Assembly (NCBI GenBank): GCA_035654715.1
Contig: DASRWH010000251.1
Span: forward strand, 1-44,564
DNA: 44,564 bases
Reading direction: 5' to 3'
Source of the DNA: Candidatus Deferrimicrobium sp.
GTDB taxonomy: Bacteria; Bacillota; Desulfitobacteriia; Desulfitobacteriales; JAJXUE01
Part shown: positions 28,660-38,810 of the stretch, piece after piece
How positions within the stretch are numbered: the stretch's first letter is position 1
How the letters are laid out: every line of letters starts with the position of its first letter
The notes under the pieces: generated by a model
The model's input: only the letters and a program-made list of their open reading frames with translations
Databases searched by the model: none
Told to the model about the DNA's origin: nothing
Translations under genes and position numbers: made by a program

Positions 28660-29457
28660 ATGTCTAAACAATTAAGTTCCTTTAGCAGCAAAAAAGATAT
28701 CGTAAAACTAGTTGATCACACCTCATCAATAGTTGAAGAACAGATTGTAATCGAGAAAGCTATTACAATTTACCTAAACGAGGAAGAATTCGTTACCATG
28801 GTCTGCTCTCCGGGCTTCGAGCAAGAACTGTTGTTGGGTTTTCTTGCATCAGAAGGGGTTATCACCAAAAAAGCTGATGTATTAAAGGTTCGCTGGGATG
28901 AGTGTGAAGGTTTAGTCTGGGTAGAAACTAAAGCCAGGGCATTGGGACAAAAGCTCTTTCTTAAGCGCTATTTAACATCCTGTTGCGGGAAAGGTAGAAG
29001 TTCCTTTTATTTCGCAAATGATGCGCGTCTCACTAAGAAGATTCAATCGAGCTTACAAATTACTGCGGAAGATGTTTATAAATACTCCCGGATGTTAGAA
29101 GAACATTCCGAGGTTTTTCGTCTTACAGGTGGAGTTCACGGTGGGGCCATAGCAGCTGAGGGTGACTTTGAATTCTACGCCTATGATATCGGTCGTCACA
29201 ATATCTTGGATAAGCTCTACGGCTGGGCCCTAGAACAAGAATTAGATCTTTCCTACAAGGCTCTAATGTTTAGCGGCAGGATCTCTTCCGAAATTCTCAT
29301 CAAGACCGGAAAGATGGGTTGCCCAATTCTCATTGGTCGTTCAGCACCCACCGACTTAGCTTTGAACCTAGCTGAGGAGTTGGGTATTACGGTAATTGGT
29401 TTTGCACGGGAGAACAGAATGAATATCTATACCTATCCAGAACGCATTATCAGATAA
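28660..29457 (+). CDS. fdhD: Formate dehydrogenase accessory sulfurtransferase FdhD
   Basis: 265 aa with the GGVHGGA and GRHNILDK motifs and the conserved Cys pair region (LTSCCGKG). Confidence 0.9.
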   Translation: MSKQLSSFSSKKDIVKLVDHTSSIVEEQIVIEKAITIYLNEEEFVTMVCSPGFEQELLLGFLASEGVITKKADVLKVRWDECEGLVWVETKARALGQKLFLKRYLTSCCGKGRSSFYFANDARLTKKIQSSLQITAEDVYKYSRMLEEHSEVFRLTGGVHGGAIAAEGDFEFYAYDIGRHNILDKLYGWALEQELDLSYKALMFSGRISSEILIKTGKMGCPILIGRSAPTDLALNLAEELGITVIGFARENRMNIYTYPERIIR

Positions 29458-29479
29458 GCTTTCTTGTAAAATTAATAAA

Positions 29480-29508
29480 GTTAGGGGAGGCATTGAGCCT
29501 CCCCTAAC
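29480..29508. terminator. Bidirectional terminator (fdhD / small protein gene)
   Basis: GTTAGGGGAGGC-ATTGA-GCCTCCCCTAAC, a perfect 12-bp stem. Confidence 0.8.
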
Positions 29509-29516
29509 CACAGAAA

Positions 29517-29783
29517 TTAGTGTTTGATAGCATGATGCTTGGTCATCCGCATAATGAGTGATGCTAAGGTATGTTTTTCCTTATCATCTGCGCTATCCCA
29601 TAGATCCTTTAAAACGCGCTGTTGTGCATTTTCAACATCCATGTTTTGAGCTAGGAAGTCCCCGATTCCTTTGGCAATACCTGCTAAATTGTCTTCAGGA
29701 ACACCTAATTTCTCAAGGAAAGCTGCACCTTTACCAAGGAAGTCCTGCCATTTCTCAAAGGATTCCATTGTATCCATTGCCAT
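29517..29783 (-). CDS. Small conserved hypothetical protein (88 aa, helical; possibly DUF3243/YmfJ-like)
   Basis: A clean ORF with a GGGGGAAAAA RBS region. The family assignment is from memory only. Confidence 0.5.
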   Translation of the reverse strand: MAMDTMESFEKWQDFLGKGAAFLEKLGVPEDNLAGIAKGIGDFLAQNMDVENAQQRVLKDLWDSADDKEKHTLASLIMRMTKHHAIKH

Positions 29784-29858
29784 AACATTTTTCCCCCTTT
29801 ATTGAGTATAGGGTTAGTATTCCCAAAACAAGTCTAATCATGAATTTATATCTAACTA

Positions 29859-30140
29859 TTATCTGCGAATCTGCTCTTCAGGTTCAACTGGGTAACGTAC
29901 TGCAGCATCTAACACTAGTTCATTTTCTAAGCTCTCTACCCTGACCATACCAACTACTCCACTGTCACCATTGGCTTCTAAATATCGGGCAATAAAGTCC
30001 TGATAGCCCTCTTCTGAAAATGGTTGTGGAAAATTGGAATCCGCCAAATAGTCGTGGCGCGAAACCTTTAGCCGTCTATGAAATACTTGGAAGGCTCGTT
30101 CCTTTGGCTCAAGTTCTTTCACTTTATTCAAGATTGACAC
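29859..30140 (-). CDS. Small hypothetical protein (93 aa)
   Basis: The ORF has an upstream GGGGG RBS-like sequence and is unopposed by a better ORF. I recognise no motifs. Confidence 0.45.
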   Translation of the reverse strand: MSILNKVKELEPKERAFQVFHRRLKVSRHDYLADSNFPQPFSEEGYQDFIARYLEANGDSGVVGMVRVESLENELVLDAAVRYPVEPEEQIRR

Positions 30141-30310
30141 TGTAACACCCCCATGCAGGATATTTCACATATTGCTACTGAAAAATTAATTCCTTGTTAT
30201 TGTGTGTAACTTTAATCATAAATTATCCAAGCTAATTTCTTAACATAGGACATACTAAGCATAAACTAAACACTTGGTTTAGTTATCAAACGAACAAGGA
30301 GGTGGTCTGT

Positions 30311-30874
30311 ATGCTATATGAAATTTTGGAGTTTAATCGGGGGTTTGTAGAGAGCGAGGAATTCCATAAATACAGAACCACTAAATTTCCCGACAAGCGA
30401 ATCGTAATTTTATCTTGCATGGATACGAGACTTACCGAACTGCTCCCGCAGGCTTTGAACCTGAGAAATGGGGATGCCAAAATCATCAAAAACGCTGGGG
30501 CGGTGGTGGCCCATCCCTTTGGAAGTATCATGAGAAGTATCATAGTAGCTGTGCATGAGTTAAACGCTGTCGAAGTATTAGTTATTGGGCATCATGGCTG
30601 TGGAATGAGTAGCATCAATCCCAGTGAGACTATTGGAAAAATCGTAGCTAGCGGGGTATCTCAAGAAACTATATCTCTTTTAGAATACTCCGGCATCAAT
30701 CTACATAAATGGCTTCACGGCTTTGACTGTGTACACGATTCTGTTAAAGGGAGCGTTGATCTGATTAAGAATCATCCCTTAATTCCTAAATCCATTGCTG
30801 TCCATGGTCTAGTCATAGACCCTGATTCCGGAAAGCTGGAACTCATTGTTGACGGTTTTGCTAATGACACCTAA
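30311..30874 (+). CDS. Beta-class carbonic anhydrase
   Basis: It has the zinc-ligand motifs SCMDTRL and GHHGCGM. I place the start at ATG 30311, with AAGGAGG 9 nt upstream (the tracked GTG 30302 overlaps the RBS). Confidence 0.85.
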   Translation: MLYEILEFNRGFVESEEFHKYRTTKFPDKRIVILSCMDTRLTELLPQALNLRNGDAKIIKNAGAVVAHPFGSIMRSIIVAVHELNAVEVLVIGHHGCGMSSINPSETIGKIVASGVSQETISLLEYSGINLHKWLHGFDCVHDSVKGSVDLIKNHPLIPKSIAVHGLVIDPDSGKLELIVDGFANDT

Positions 30875-30878
30875 AGAA

Positions 30879-30911
30879 AACCCCCCGCTTCTTAATAACA
30901 AGCGAGGGGTT
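30879..30911. terminator. Bidirectional terminator (carbonic anhydrase / permease)
   Basis: AACCCCCCGCTT-N9-AAGCGAGGGGTT (one mismatch). Confidence 0.65.
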
Positions 30912-30921
30912 CTGTATAATA

Positions 30922-32241
30922 TTAGTTAACGGCTTTACGGTTGAGCAACCAGTACAGTGGCAACCCTACAAGCGTAATAGCCAAAGAATATAGCGTATCT
31001 GTTGGGTTAGCTATAAGTGTGCTGATTAAGATAAAGCCGCCGCCGAGAATAGCCACCAACGGTATTACCGGGTATAGCGGTACACTATAGGATCTATTCG
31101 CATTCGGGTTTTTCCTTCGCAACAAGAAAACCGCTATAAAGGCCTGTACATAGAAGATATAGATAGTAAACACTGCAATATCTGATAGTCGGTCAGGATC
31201 AGCAAGGCTCATAAATAGTGATGCTAACACAATCTGCATCACTGTAGCCCAGATTGGCGTGCCCAAAGTTGGATGAACTTTAGAAAACAGGCGAGACCCT
31301 GGCAGTTGTCCTCTTTCCGCCATAGCCAGGGGAACGCGTGGGAAGGTCAATATTTTGCCATTCAGGCAGCCGAAGATGGAAACCAGAATGCCAATGCTGA
31401 TTAATTTTCCGCCTATGCCACCAAACAACACTCCCGCTGCCGTACCTGCTGCAGCTGGCCCAAGCTTGACAATTTCACTTGCTGGGAGTACATGCATCAG
31501 GGCGTAGTTAACAGATAAGTAGGCTACCGCAACAACCGCCAGTCCTAAAATAATCGCCTTAGGCAAGGTTTTGCCTGGATCCTTTACCTCTCCAGCTACA
31601 AAACCCACAAGTGCCCAACCATCATAGGCCCAAAGTGTTGCAAGTATTGCAGCCCCCATTCCTGCATGTGCACTGACCCCACTGCTCATATTGAGTACTT
31701 GTCCATTGCCCATGAGTATGCCAAATACGGCAATCAACGCAATAGGAATCAACTTACCAGCCGTAGCAACCGCTTGGATAATTCCGCCGTATTTAGTACC
31801 TAGGCTGTTGATTGTGGCTAGTAGGATGATAGTTATAATCCCTAAGTACAGTTTCCAGTCTGCTTGCCAACCAAAAAAATTGACTAACAACTCTCCGAAA
31901 TATAAGGCGAGTGCTCCCATGACGGCTGGACCATAGATTAGAGTTTGCATCCACCCACACAGATACCCCCAGACCTTTCCGTATACTTCTTCCAAATATA
32001 CATACAAGCCCCCCGTTTTGGGGATTTGCACGCTTACCTCCGCGATGGTTAAGCCACTGGCTATAGTGATAATGCCTCCTAATACCCAAGCGAGCAGAGC
32101 GGCAGATGAATTGCCGGTAGCTGCAATAACTTTACCTGGTTTCATAAAGATACCTGAGCCAATAACTGAACCAATTACTAGGGAGGTGGCAACAATAAGT
32201 CCTATGTCTTTCTTTAACTTTGCTTCCATGTTATGCTGCAT
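30922..32241 (-). CDS. APC-superfamily amino acid permease (LAT/SteT-like)
   Basis: 439 aa with 12 predicted TM helices and the N-terminal motif IGSVIGSGIFMKPG. Confidence 0.8.
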   Translation of the reverse strand: MQHNMEAKLKKDIGLIVATSLVIGSVIGSGIFMKPGKVIAATGNSSAALLAWVLGGIITIASGLTIAEVSVQIPKTGGLYVYLEEVYGKVWGYLCGWMQTLIYGPAVMGALALYFGELLVNFFGWQADWKLYLGIITIILLATINSLGTKYGGIIQAVATAGKLIPIALIAVFGILMGNGQVLNMSSGVSAHAGMGAAILATLWAYDGWALVGFVAGEVKDPGKTLPKAIILGLAVVAVAYLSVNYALMHVLPASEIVKLGPAAAGTAAGVLFGGIGGKLISIGILVSIFGCLNGKILTFPRVPLAMAERGQLPGSRLFSKVHPTLGTPIWATVMQIVLASLFMSLADPDRLSDIAVFTIYIFYVQAFIAVFLLRRKNPNANRSYSVPLYPVIPLVAILGGGFILISTLIANPTDTLYSLAITLVGLPLYWLLNRKAVN

Positions 32242-32479
32242 TTAATCCACTCCTGACGTTGTTGTTCTGCTAAAATAATTGTTGCTGCAATCAAGCTTCT
32301 CTAAGCAAAGTACAGCTCCACTGGACACTTGTATATTATACACAGATAGCACGCCTGCGTCACCTAATTTTTATAATAATATTTCCCTCTCGAATAATAT
32401 TTTATATTTTAGAATTCGAGGAGTTACCTAAAAATATACTCAGAAATGTACTATGTTCAATATAGGAGTGAATTAAACT

Positions 32480-32953
32480 ATGGCTCAAAAAACAAATGCC
32501 GCCCGTCTCTTAGACCAGGCCGGCATCACCTACCAGTTAAAAGAATATCAAGTTGATGAGTCTGACCTATCCGCAATCAATGTAGCTAACAAAATAGGCT
32601 TCGAAGTGGAGCGAGTATTTAAGACTCTTGTAGCTAGAGGGGATAAAACCGGGGTGATGTTCGCCTGTATACCGGGTAATTTGGAACTAAATCTAAAAAG
32701 TCTCGCAACTCTTAGCGGTAACAAGAAGGTTGAGGTGGTTCCGCTTAAGGAAGTTCAAGGATTAACAGGGTATGTTAGGGGTGGAGTTTCACCCCTGGGC
32801 GCGAAGAAGAACTATCCCGTGTACATAGATTCCCAGGTGGAAATTTGGGATTCAATCTCCCTAAGTGCCGGAATCAGGGGCTGTCAGATGTTGCTCAGTC
32901 CACAAGATCTTGTTAAAGCAACTGTTGCAGTGTTAGGAGAGATTGCTAAATAG
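32480..32953 (+). CDS. ybaK: Cys-tRNA(Pro)/Cys-tRNA(Cys) deacylase YbaK
   Basis: 157 aa with a YbaK-like N-terminus (TNAARLLDQAGITYQLKEY) and the conserved K in FKTLV plus a GGVSPLG motif. Confidence 0.85.
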   Translation: MAQKTNAARLLDQAGITYQLKEYQVDESDLSAINVANKIGFEVERVFKTLVARGDKTGVMFACIPGNLELNLKSLATLSGNKKVEVVPLKEVQGLTGYVRGGVSPLGAKKNYPVYIDSQVEIWDSISLSAGIRGCQMLLSPQDLVKATVAVLGEIAK

Positions 32954-33009
32954 AAACACAAAATCTTGCCCAAAGCAGGTCTGAGGCATAATTGAATACG
33001 CGGCCAAAC

Positions 33010-33054
33010 AAAAAGAACTGGAGACGAGTTTAAAACCCGTCTCCAGTCTTTTTG
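33010..33054. terminator. Bidirectional terminator (ybaK / fdhA)
   Basis: ACTGGAGACG-N11-CGTCTCCAGT is flanked by AAAAAGA and CTTTTTG. Confidence 0.75.
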
Positions 33055-33064
33055 TACCTTATGC

Positions 33065-35740
33065 TTACTCTGCTTTAGAGATTTTAACCGCACAGACCTT
33101 ATATTCGTAGGTCTTAGTGACTTTGTCATAGGCACCATTGGTTAGCTCGTTAACCGGGGTTTCAAAGAAGTGGTGTGTCATGAAAATCACGCCGGGTGGA
33201 ACCCTGTCGGTAACCTTGACTTTGGTTGACAGTTTACCCCTTCTGGACTCCATAACAATCGTTCCACCGTCTTCTACCCCAAGTTTAGCCAGATCTTCTG
33301 CATTTACTTCGGCTAGTTCTTCCGGCACATGATTGTTTAGTCCTTTGGAGTTTCTAGTCATGGTACCGTAGTGATAGAGCATACGCCCTGTGGTTAGCAG
33401 AATCGGGAACTCTTCATCTGGTAACTCTGCAGCCGGAGCAAATTCGATAGCTTGGAATTTACCCAAACCACGCGTAAATTGTCCCTCATGCAAGAATTTG
33501 GTGCCGGGATGCTCTTTATCAGGGCAAGGCCACTGTATGCCATGCTCCAAACGGTCGTAACTGATACCGGCATACTGAGAAGTTAGACCAGCCACCTCGT
33601 CAAAGATTTCCGACGGGTCAGCGTAGTTGAAATCCCCTCCCATACGGTTGGCGACTTCCATGATAATCTGCCAGTCGGGTTTGGTATTTCCGATGGGTTC
33701 AACAGCCTTGCGCACTCTTTGTACGCGGCGTTCGGTATTGGTAAAGGTACCATCCTTCTCAGCAAAACTAGCCCCTGGCAGGATTACATCTGCCAGTTTT
33801 GCGGTCTCACTCATGAACAGTTCCTGAACCACCATGAACTCCAAGCTGTTCAAACCTTTGCGAACGTGATTGGCATCCGCATCCGTTATAACAGGGTCCT
33901 CCCCAAATACGTACATCGCTTTTAATGAACCGTTCACCCCTGCATCAAACATGTCTGGAATCATAAAGCCGAGTTTATCATCGAGCTTTACTCCCCAAGC
34001 CTGTTCAAATTTAGCTTGTACAGCTGGGTCACCGACCTTTTGGTAACCTGGGAATACATTGGGTAGGGCACCCATGTCGCAAGCTCCCTGAACGTTGTTC
34101 TGGCCCCTCAGTGGGTTAACTCCGGAATTTTCTTTACCTACATTTCCGGTCAACATTGCCAGGTTGGCTAAACTCATTACATTATCCGTGCCACAGGTGT
34201 GTTCGGTGATTCCGAGTGTATAGAATATTTGAGCACTCTCAGCTGTGGCGTAAAGCTTGGCAGCTTCATACAGCTTCTCTACTGCTACTCCTGTGATTTG
34301 AGCCACTTTCTCTGGAGTATAGGTTTCTACTAGTTTTGCAAGGTCTTCGAACCCCTCTGTGCGGGATTCCACGAATTCCTTGTTCTCCCAACCCTCTTTA
34401 AGAATGATGTGCAATAATCCGTTGATCAACGCTACATCTGTTCCGGGTCTATGTCTTAACCAGAGATTTGCGTCTTGAGTAAGCTCAATTGCCCTAGGGT
34501 CAGCCACTATTAGGGTTGCCCCTTTGCGAACTGCCTGGCGCATTTTTGCCCCAATAATCGGGTGTGCCTCTGTGGTATTAGAACCAATTACAAACATTAC
34601 CTTGGAATCAGGAATTTCATTGATGGAGTTAGTCATCGCTCCAGATCCGAATGAAATGGCCAGACCGGCCACAGTGGGACTGTGTCAGGTCCGGGCGCAG
34701 TGATCCACGTTGTTCGTGCCAATCACTGCGCGCATAAATTTCTGCATGAGGTAGTTTTCCTCATTAGTACACCGAGCGGAACTTAATGCTCCAATTGCAT
34801 CTGCTCCGTATTGGTTCTTAATTCTGGTTAGGTTGGTGGCCACCAAATCCAGAGCTTCGTCCCAGCTAGCTTCTACAAATTCCCCATCCTTTTTGATTAG
34901 CGGGGTTGTTATCCTTCTGTCACTATGAATGAAGTCCGTACCGAAGCGGCCCTTCACACATAGGTGACGTCCGTTGACAGCACTTGTTGGGTTAGAAGTA
35001 ACCCCAATAACCTTGCCGTCTTTAACGTTCAGATCAAAGTTACATCCCGTACCGCAGAAGGGACAGGTGGTTTTTACCTTGCTTACTTCCCAGGGTCTAC
35101 CCTTACCACACATTGGTTTTTCGACCAATGCACCAGTAGGACATACTGCCACACAGCTACCGCAATATACACACTCAGAATCCCCTAGGGGTAGCAGAGC
35201 AGGGCTTACTGTGGTATTAAAACCGCGGTGGGCAAAATCGATAACACTACGCCCTTGAATTTCTTCGCAAACGCGAACGCATTTGCCACAAAGTATGCAC
35301 TTGTTCATATCGCGCACTATAAACTGGTTGGAATCGTCAATCGGTTCCTGCGATTTCTCACCGCCGTAAACATCCCCGGAAACCCCATATTCATATGCAT
35401 ACTCCGCCAGAGAACAGTTACCCATCTTCTGACAGGTCATACAATCCATAGGGTGGTTGGATACAAGGAGCTCCAATACAGTTTTTCTTGCTTCAAATAC
35501 ATCCTCTGTATTTGTCTTCACTGCCATCCCCTGAGTTGCTACTGTTACACAGGAAGGTGGCAGGTTACGCATTCCAGCAATCTCAACAACGCACAACCGG
35601 CACCCGCCCGGACTGGAAAGTTCCGGGTCGTGGCACAAGGTCGGTATTTTTATCCCATTGTATCTGCAAGCATCGAGGACAGTAGAACCCTTAGGGGCCT
35701 GGACCTCTTTGCCGTCAATGGTCAAGGTAATGAATTCCAC
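33065..35740 (-). CDS. fdhA: Cytoplasmic formate dehydrogenase catalytic subunit (NuoG-like N-terminus fused to Mo/W-bisPGD domain), selenocysteine-containing (UGA at 34687-34685)
   Basis: ORFs 34685..35740 and 33065..34672 are in-frame across a TGA. Read-through gives [30 protein letters not shown]. The N-terminus has 2Fe-2S (CRLCVVEI) and several 4Fe-4S motifs. There is no signal peptide. Length is 2676 nt, or 892 codons. Confidence 0.9.
34657..34671 (-). promoter_or_regulatory. SECIS-like apical hairpin downstream of the fdhA UGA
   Basis: The RNA UGGCC-GGUCU-GGCCA starts 13 nt after the UGA. Its GGUC-containing loop resembles the E. coli fdhF SECIS loop. Confidence 0.6.
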
Positions 35741-35766
35741 TCTTTTCTCCCCTTTCTACTAAGTTT

Positions 35767-37719
35767 CTAGCCCCTGGCTATCGCACCGAATTTGCATTTC
35801 TCCATGCAAGTTCCGCATTTGATACATTCCGCTTCATTAATGGTATAGGGTTTCTTCACTTCTCCACTTATACAATTTACCGGGCAGGCCTTAGCACAAA
35901 CGCTACACCCTTTACACTTTTCCTCATCAATCTTATAAGTCAGCAGGGCGGAGCATGCTCCGGCCGGGCATTTCTTGTCGTGGATGTGTGCTTCATATTC
36001 ATGTCGGAAATATTTCAGGGCGGTAAGGATCGGGTTAGGAGCTGTTTGACCAAGACCACACAGGGAAGTTGCCCGAATGTTTTTGGCTAAACGCTCTAGG
36101 GTTTCGATATCCCCCTCTTTGCCTTCTCCCTTGGTTATCCGGGTGAGAATTTCCAGCATGCGCTTGGTACCCTCCCTGCAGGGTGTACACTTGCCGCAAG
36201 ACTCCTTCTGAGTGAAATTTAAGAAAAAGCGGGCAATGTCTACCATACAAGTGGTTTCATCCATAACTACCAACCCACCGGACCCTACCATTGCTCCCAC
36301 TTTAATGAGAGAATCGTAATCCACCGATAGATCTAACATCTCTTTGGGCAAGCAACCGCCGGAGGGTCCACCGATTTGCACAGCCTTAAAATCTCTGCCA
36401 TTTTGGATTCCGCCGCCGATTTCAAAAATAATTTGTCGCAAGGTCATGCCCATGGGGACTTCAGCAAGGCCTGTGTTATTCACTTTACCAGTTAAAGCAA
36501 AAACCTTGGTGCCCTTGCTAGATGCGGTACCCAACCCAGAATACCACTCCCAACCCTTACGCATAATGGCTGGAACGTTGGCATAGGTCTCCACATTGTT
36601 AATATTGGTTGGCTTATCCCACAAGCCTCGAACAGCAGGGAAAGGAGGTCTGACTCTAGGCATTCCTCGTTTGCCTTCTACAGAGGCCATAAGGGCTGTT
36701 TCTTCACCGCAAACGAACGCTCCTGCTCCGGCTTTAATCTTAAGTTTAAAGTTTACACCGGAATCAAAAATATTCTTACCCAAGATACCATACTGTTCAG
36801 CCTGGTTTATTGCTACTTGAAGACGTTTAATCGCCAGTGGATACTCGGCACGAACATAGACAACCCCTTCATCCGCTCCGATTGCATACCCTGCGGTCAT
36901 CATCCCTTCAATTACAGCATGGGGATCCCCTTCTAACACTGAGCGATCCATAAAGGCTCCCGGATCACCCTCGTCAGCATTACACACTACATATTTCTTA
37001 TCTCCAGGTGAATTGGCTGCAAACTCCCACTTCATACCTGTGGAAAAACCTGCACCACCGCGTCCGCGTAGGCCTGACTGCTTGACATGCTCGATTACTT
37101 CACGGGAGGACATGGTCTGCAAGGCTTTGACTACCCCTTTATACCCGTCCCTAGCAATATAATCCTCGATATTTTCTGGGTCTATATGTCCACAGTTCTT
37201 TAGTACATTTCTTTGCTGTTGCTTGTAAAAAGGTATTTCTTTATAAGTCGTTACTCGTTCTCCGCTATTTGGTTCTTTATACAGCAAGCGTTCAACAAGT
37301 TCGCCCCTGCCAAGGTCTTTTTCTACCAATTCAGCAACGTCCTCCGGGGTTACCCGGCAGTAAAAGGTCCCTGCAGGTTCAACAATAAATATCGGACCCT
37401 GTTCACAGAACCCGTGACAGCCTGTGACTGTAATTTTCACTTTATCCTGCAGACCCTGCTTAACAAGTTCCTCCTCAAGCACTGCATCTACCTTCCTGGA
37501 ACCGGAGGAAATACACCCTGAGCCTGCACAGATCAGCACTTGTTTGAGCTTGGAACCCTCTTTGATTACTACAGAATCTAACCTTGTCTGTATCTTCTCC
37601 CTGCACGCCTGGTCTTCATGACATAAAGGCCCTTCTGTACGGCAAGCGATAAACTTATTACAGGGAGTGGCAGGAGTATGTGTACAGCGCTCACAGCAAG
37701 CTTCCATTAAATTATTCAT
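35767..37719 (-). CDS. NuoF/HydB-like NAD(P)H-binding FMN iron-sulfur subunit (with thioredoxin-like 2Fe-2S and C-terminal 2x[4Fe-4S] domains)
   Basis: 650 aa with a NuoF core (GRGGAGFSTGMKW, CGKCTPCREG) and a C-terminal ferredoxin domain (CKGCSVCAKACP, CIKCGTCMEKC). A Cys-rich N-terminal extension is also present. Confidence 0.88.
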   Translation of the reverse strand: MNNLMEACCERCTHTPATPCNKFIACRTEGPLCHEDQACREKIQTRLDSVVIKEGSKLKQVLICAGSGCISSGSRKVDAVLEEELVKQGLQDKVKITVTGCHGFCEQGPIFIVEPAGTFYCRVTPEDVAELVEKDLGRGELVERLLYKEPNSGERVTTYKEIPFYKQQQRNVLKNCGHIDPENIEDYIARDGYKGVVKALQTMSSREVIEHVKQSGLRGRGGAGFSTGMKWEFAANSPGDKKYVVCNADEGDPGAFMDRSVLEGDPHAVIEGMMTAGYAIGADEGVVYVRAEYPLAIKRLQVAINQAEQYGILGKNIFDSGVNFKLKIKAGAGAFVCGEETALMASVEGKRGMPRVRPPFPAVRGLWDKPTNINNVETYANVPAIMRKGWEWYSGLGTASSKGTKVFALTGKVNNTGLAEVPMGMTLRQIIFEIGGGIQNGRDFKAVQIGGPSGGCLPKEMLDLSVDYDSLIKVGAMVGSGGLVVMDETTCMVDIARFFLNFTQKESCGKCTPCREGTKRMLEILTRITKGEGKEGDIETLERLAKNIRATSLCGLGQTAPNPILTALKYFRHEYEAHIHDKKCPAGACSALLTYKIDEEKCKGCSVCAKACPVNCISGEVKKPYTINEAECIKCGTCMEKCKFGAIARG

Positions 37720-37730
37720 TTCGCCACCTC

Positions 37731-38225
37731 CTATTCGTACTGGGCCAGGATTGCTCCCAGTTTGTCCGGGGTCAATCTGCCGTGGGTATCTTCATTAATC
37801 ATGATTACCGGGGCAAGTCCACATGCCCCAATACAAGCGATAGACTCCAAGGTATAGCGTAAATCCTTGGTCGTTTCTCCATCGCTAATGCCAAGTTCCT
37901 TCTGGATTGTCTCTAATATCTTGGCTCCCCCTCTCACGTGACAGGCGGTACCGAGACAAACTCTGACAATGTTTCTGCCGCGTGGTTTCAAATGGAACTG
38001 GGCGTAGAAAGTAACTACACCATAAACCTTGCTGAGGGGAATTTTCAGTTCTGTACTGATTTGGCGCAATACCTCCGCAGGCAGGTATCCGTAGATATCC
38101 TGGGACTCCTGAAGTACTGGAATTAAAGCACCTTTTTGGCTCTTGTATTTAGCAAGAACCTCCCCCAGCTTTACCTGTTTGGGGTCGGATTTTGTACAGG
38201 TTCCCTGGGCACACTGGCAACTCAT
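37731..38225 (-). CDS. NuoE/HydC-like [2Fe-2S] subunit
   Basis: 164 aa with the NuoE motifs VCLGTACHVRG and CIGACGLAPV. Confidence 0.88.
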   Translation of the reverse strand: MSCQCAQGTCTKSDPKQVKLGEVLAKYKSQKGALIPVLQESQDIYGYLPAEVLRQISTELKIPLSKVYGVVTFYAQFHLKPRGRNIVRVCLGTACHVRGGAKILETIQKELGISDGETTKDLRYTLESIACIGACGLAPVIMINEDTHGRLTPDKLGAILAQYE

Positions 38226-38243
38226 CCGCTAACCTCCCTCTGC

Positions 38244-38810
38244 TTATTTGCAATAAATTATCCGTTCCTCAGTGACCACCATATCCATAGGACGGTCATG
38301 AGGTTCAGGCTTGGCATCCGGTACAAGCTGGGTCTCGTAGGCAAGGGCCACTAAAGGAATACCTGGGCGAAGAGACGGTATAAACCGATCATAGTAACCT
38401 GCCCCGTAGCCTAAGCGGTTACCTTTAGCATCAAATGCCACTCCCGGAACTAGTACCAAATCTATATCCATGGGATTAATAGGAGTGCACCTATCTGTCT
38501 TTGCTTCCCTAATCCCCCATGTTCCTATTTGCAAATCCGTGTCTAAGTTCTTTATTTCCACTGGCGTTATCGTCTTATCCTTATTGCACACTGGAATTAT
38601 TACACGTTTATACTCTGCCAAGGCAGCCATTACTAGCTCAGTCGTCTCTACTTCCCCTCTGAAGTCAAGGTAAAGCATCACTGTATTAGCCAATTGGTAA
38701 ATCTCAAGTCCCCTGATCATTTTCTCGACAGCAGCACTTTTGACCCGACGTTCCTGTGCGCTTAATGCGGAACGGCGGGTCAAACTTTCCTTGCGTAATT
38801 CTTGTTTCAC
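38244..38810 (-). CDS. 5-formyltetrahydrofolate cyclo-ligase
   Basis: MTHFS motifs are present (VLVPGVAFDAKGNRLGYGAGYYDRF). I favour GTG 38810, preceded by GGAGGAG, over the tracked TTG at 38822. Confidence 0.85.
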   Translation of the reverse strand: MKQELRKESLTRRSALSAQERRVKSAAVEKMIRGLEIYQLANTVMLYLDFRGEVETTELVMAALAEYKRVIIPVCNKDKTITPVEIKNLDTDLQIGTWGIREAKTDRCTPINPMDIDLVLVPGVAFDAKGNRLGYGAGYYDRFIPSLRPGIPLVALAYETQLVPDAKPEPHDRPMDMVVTEERIIYCK

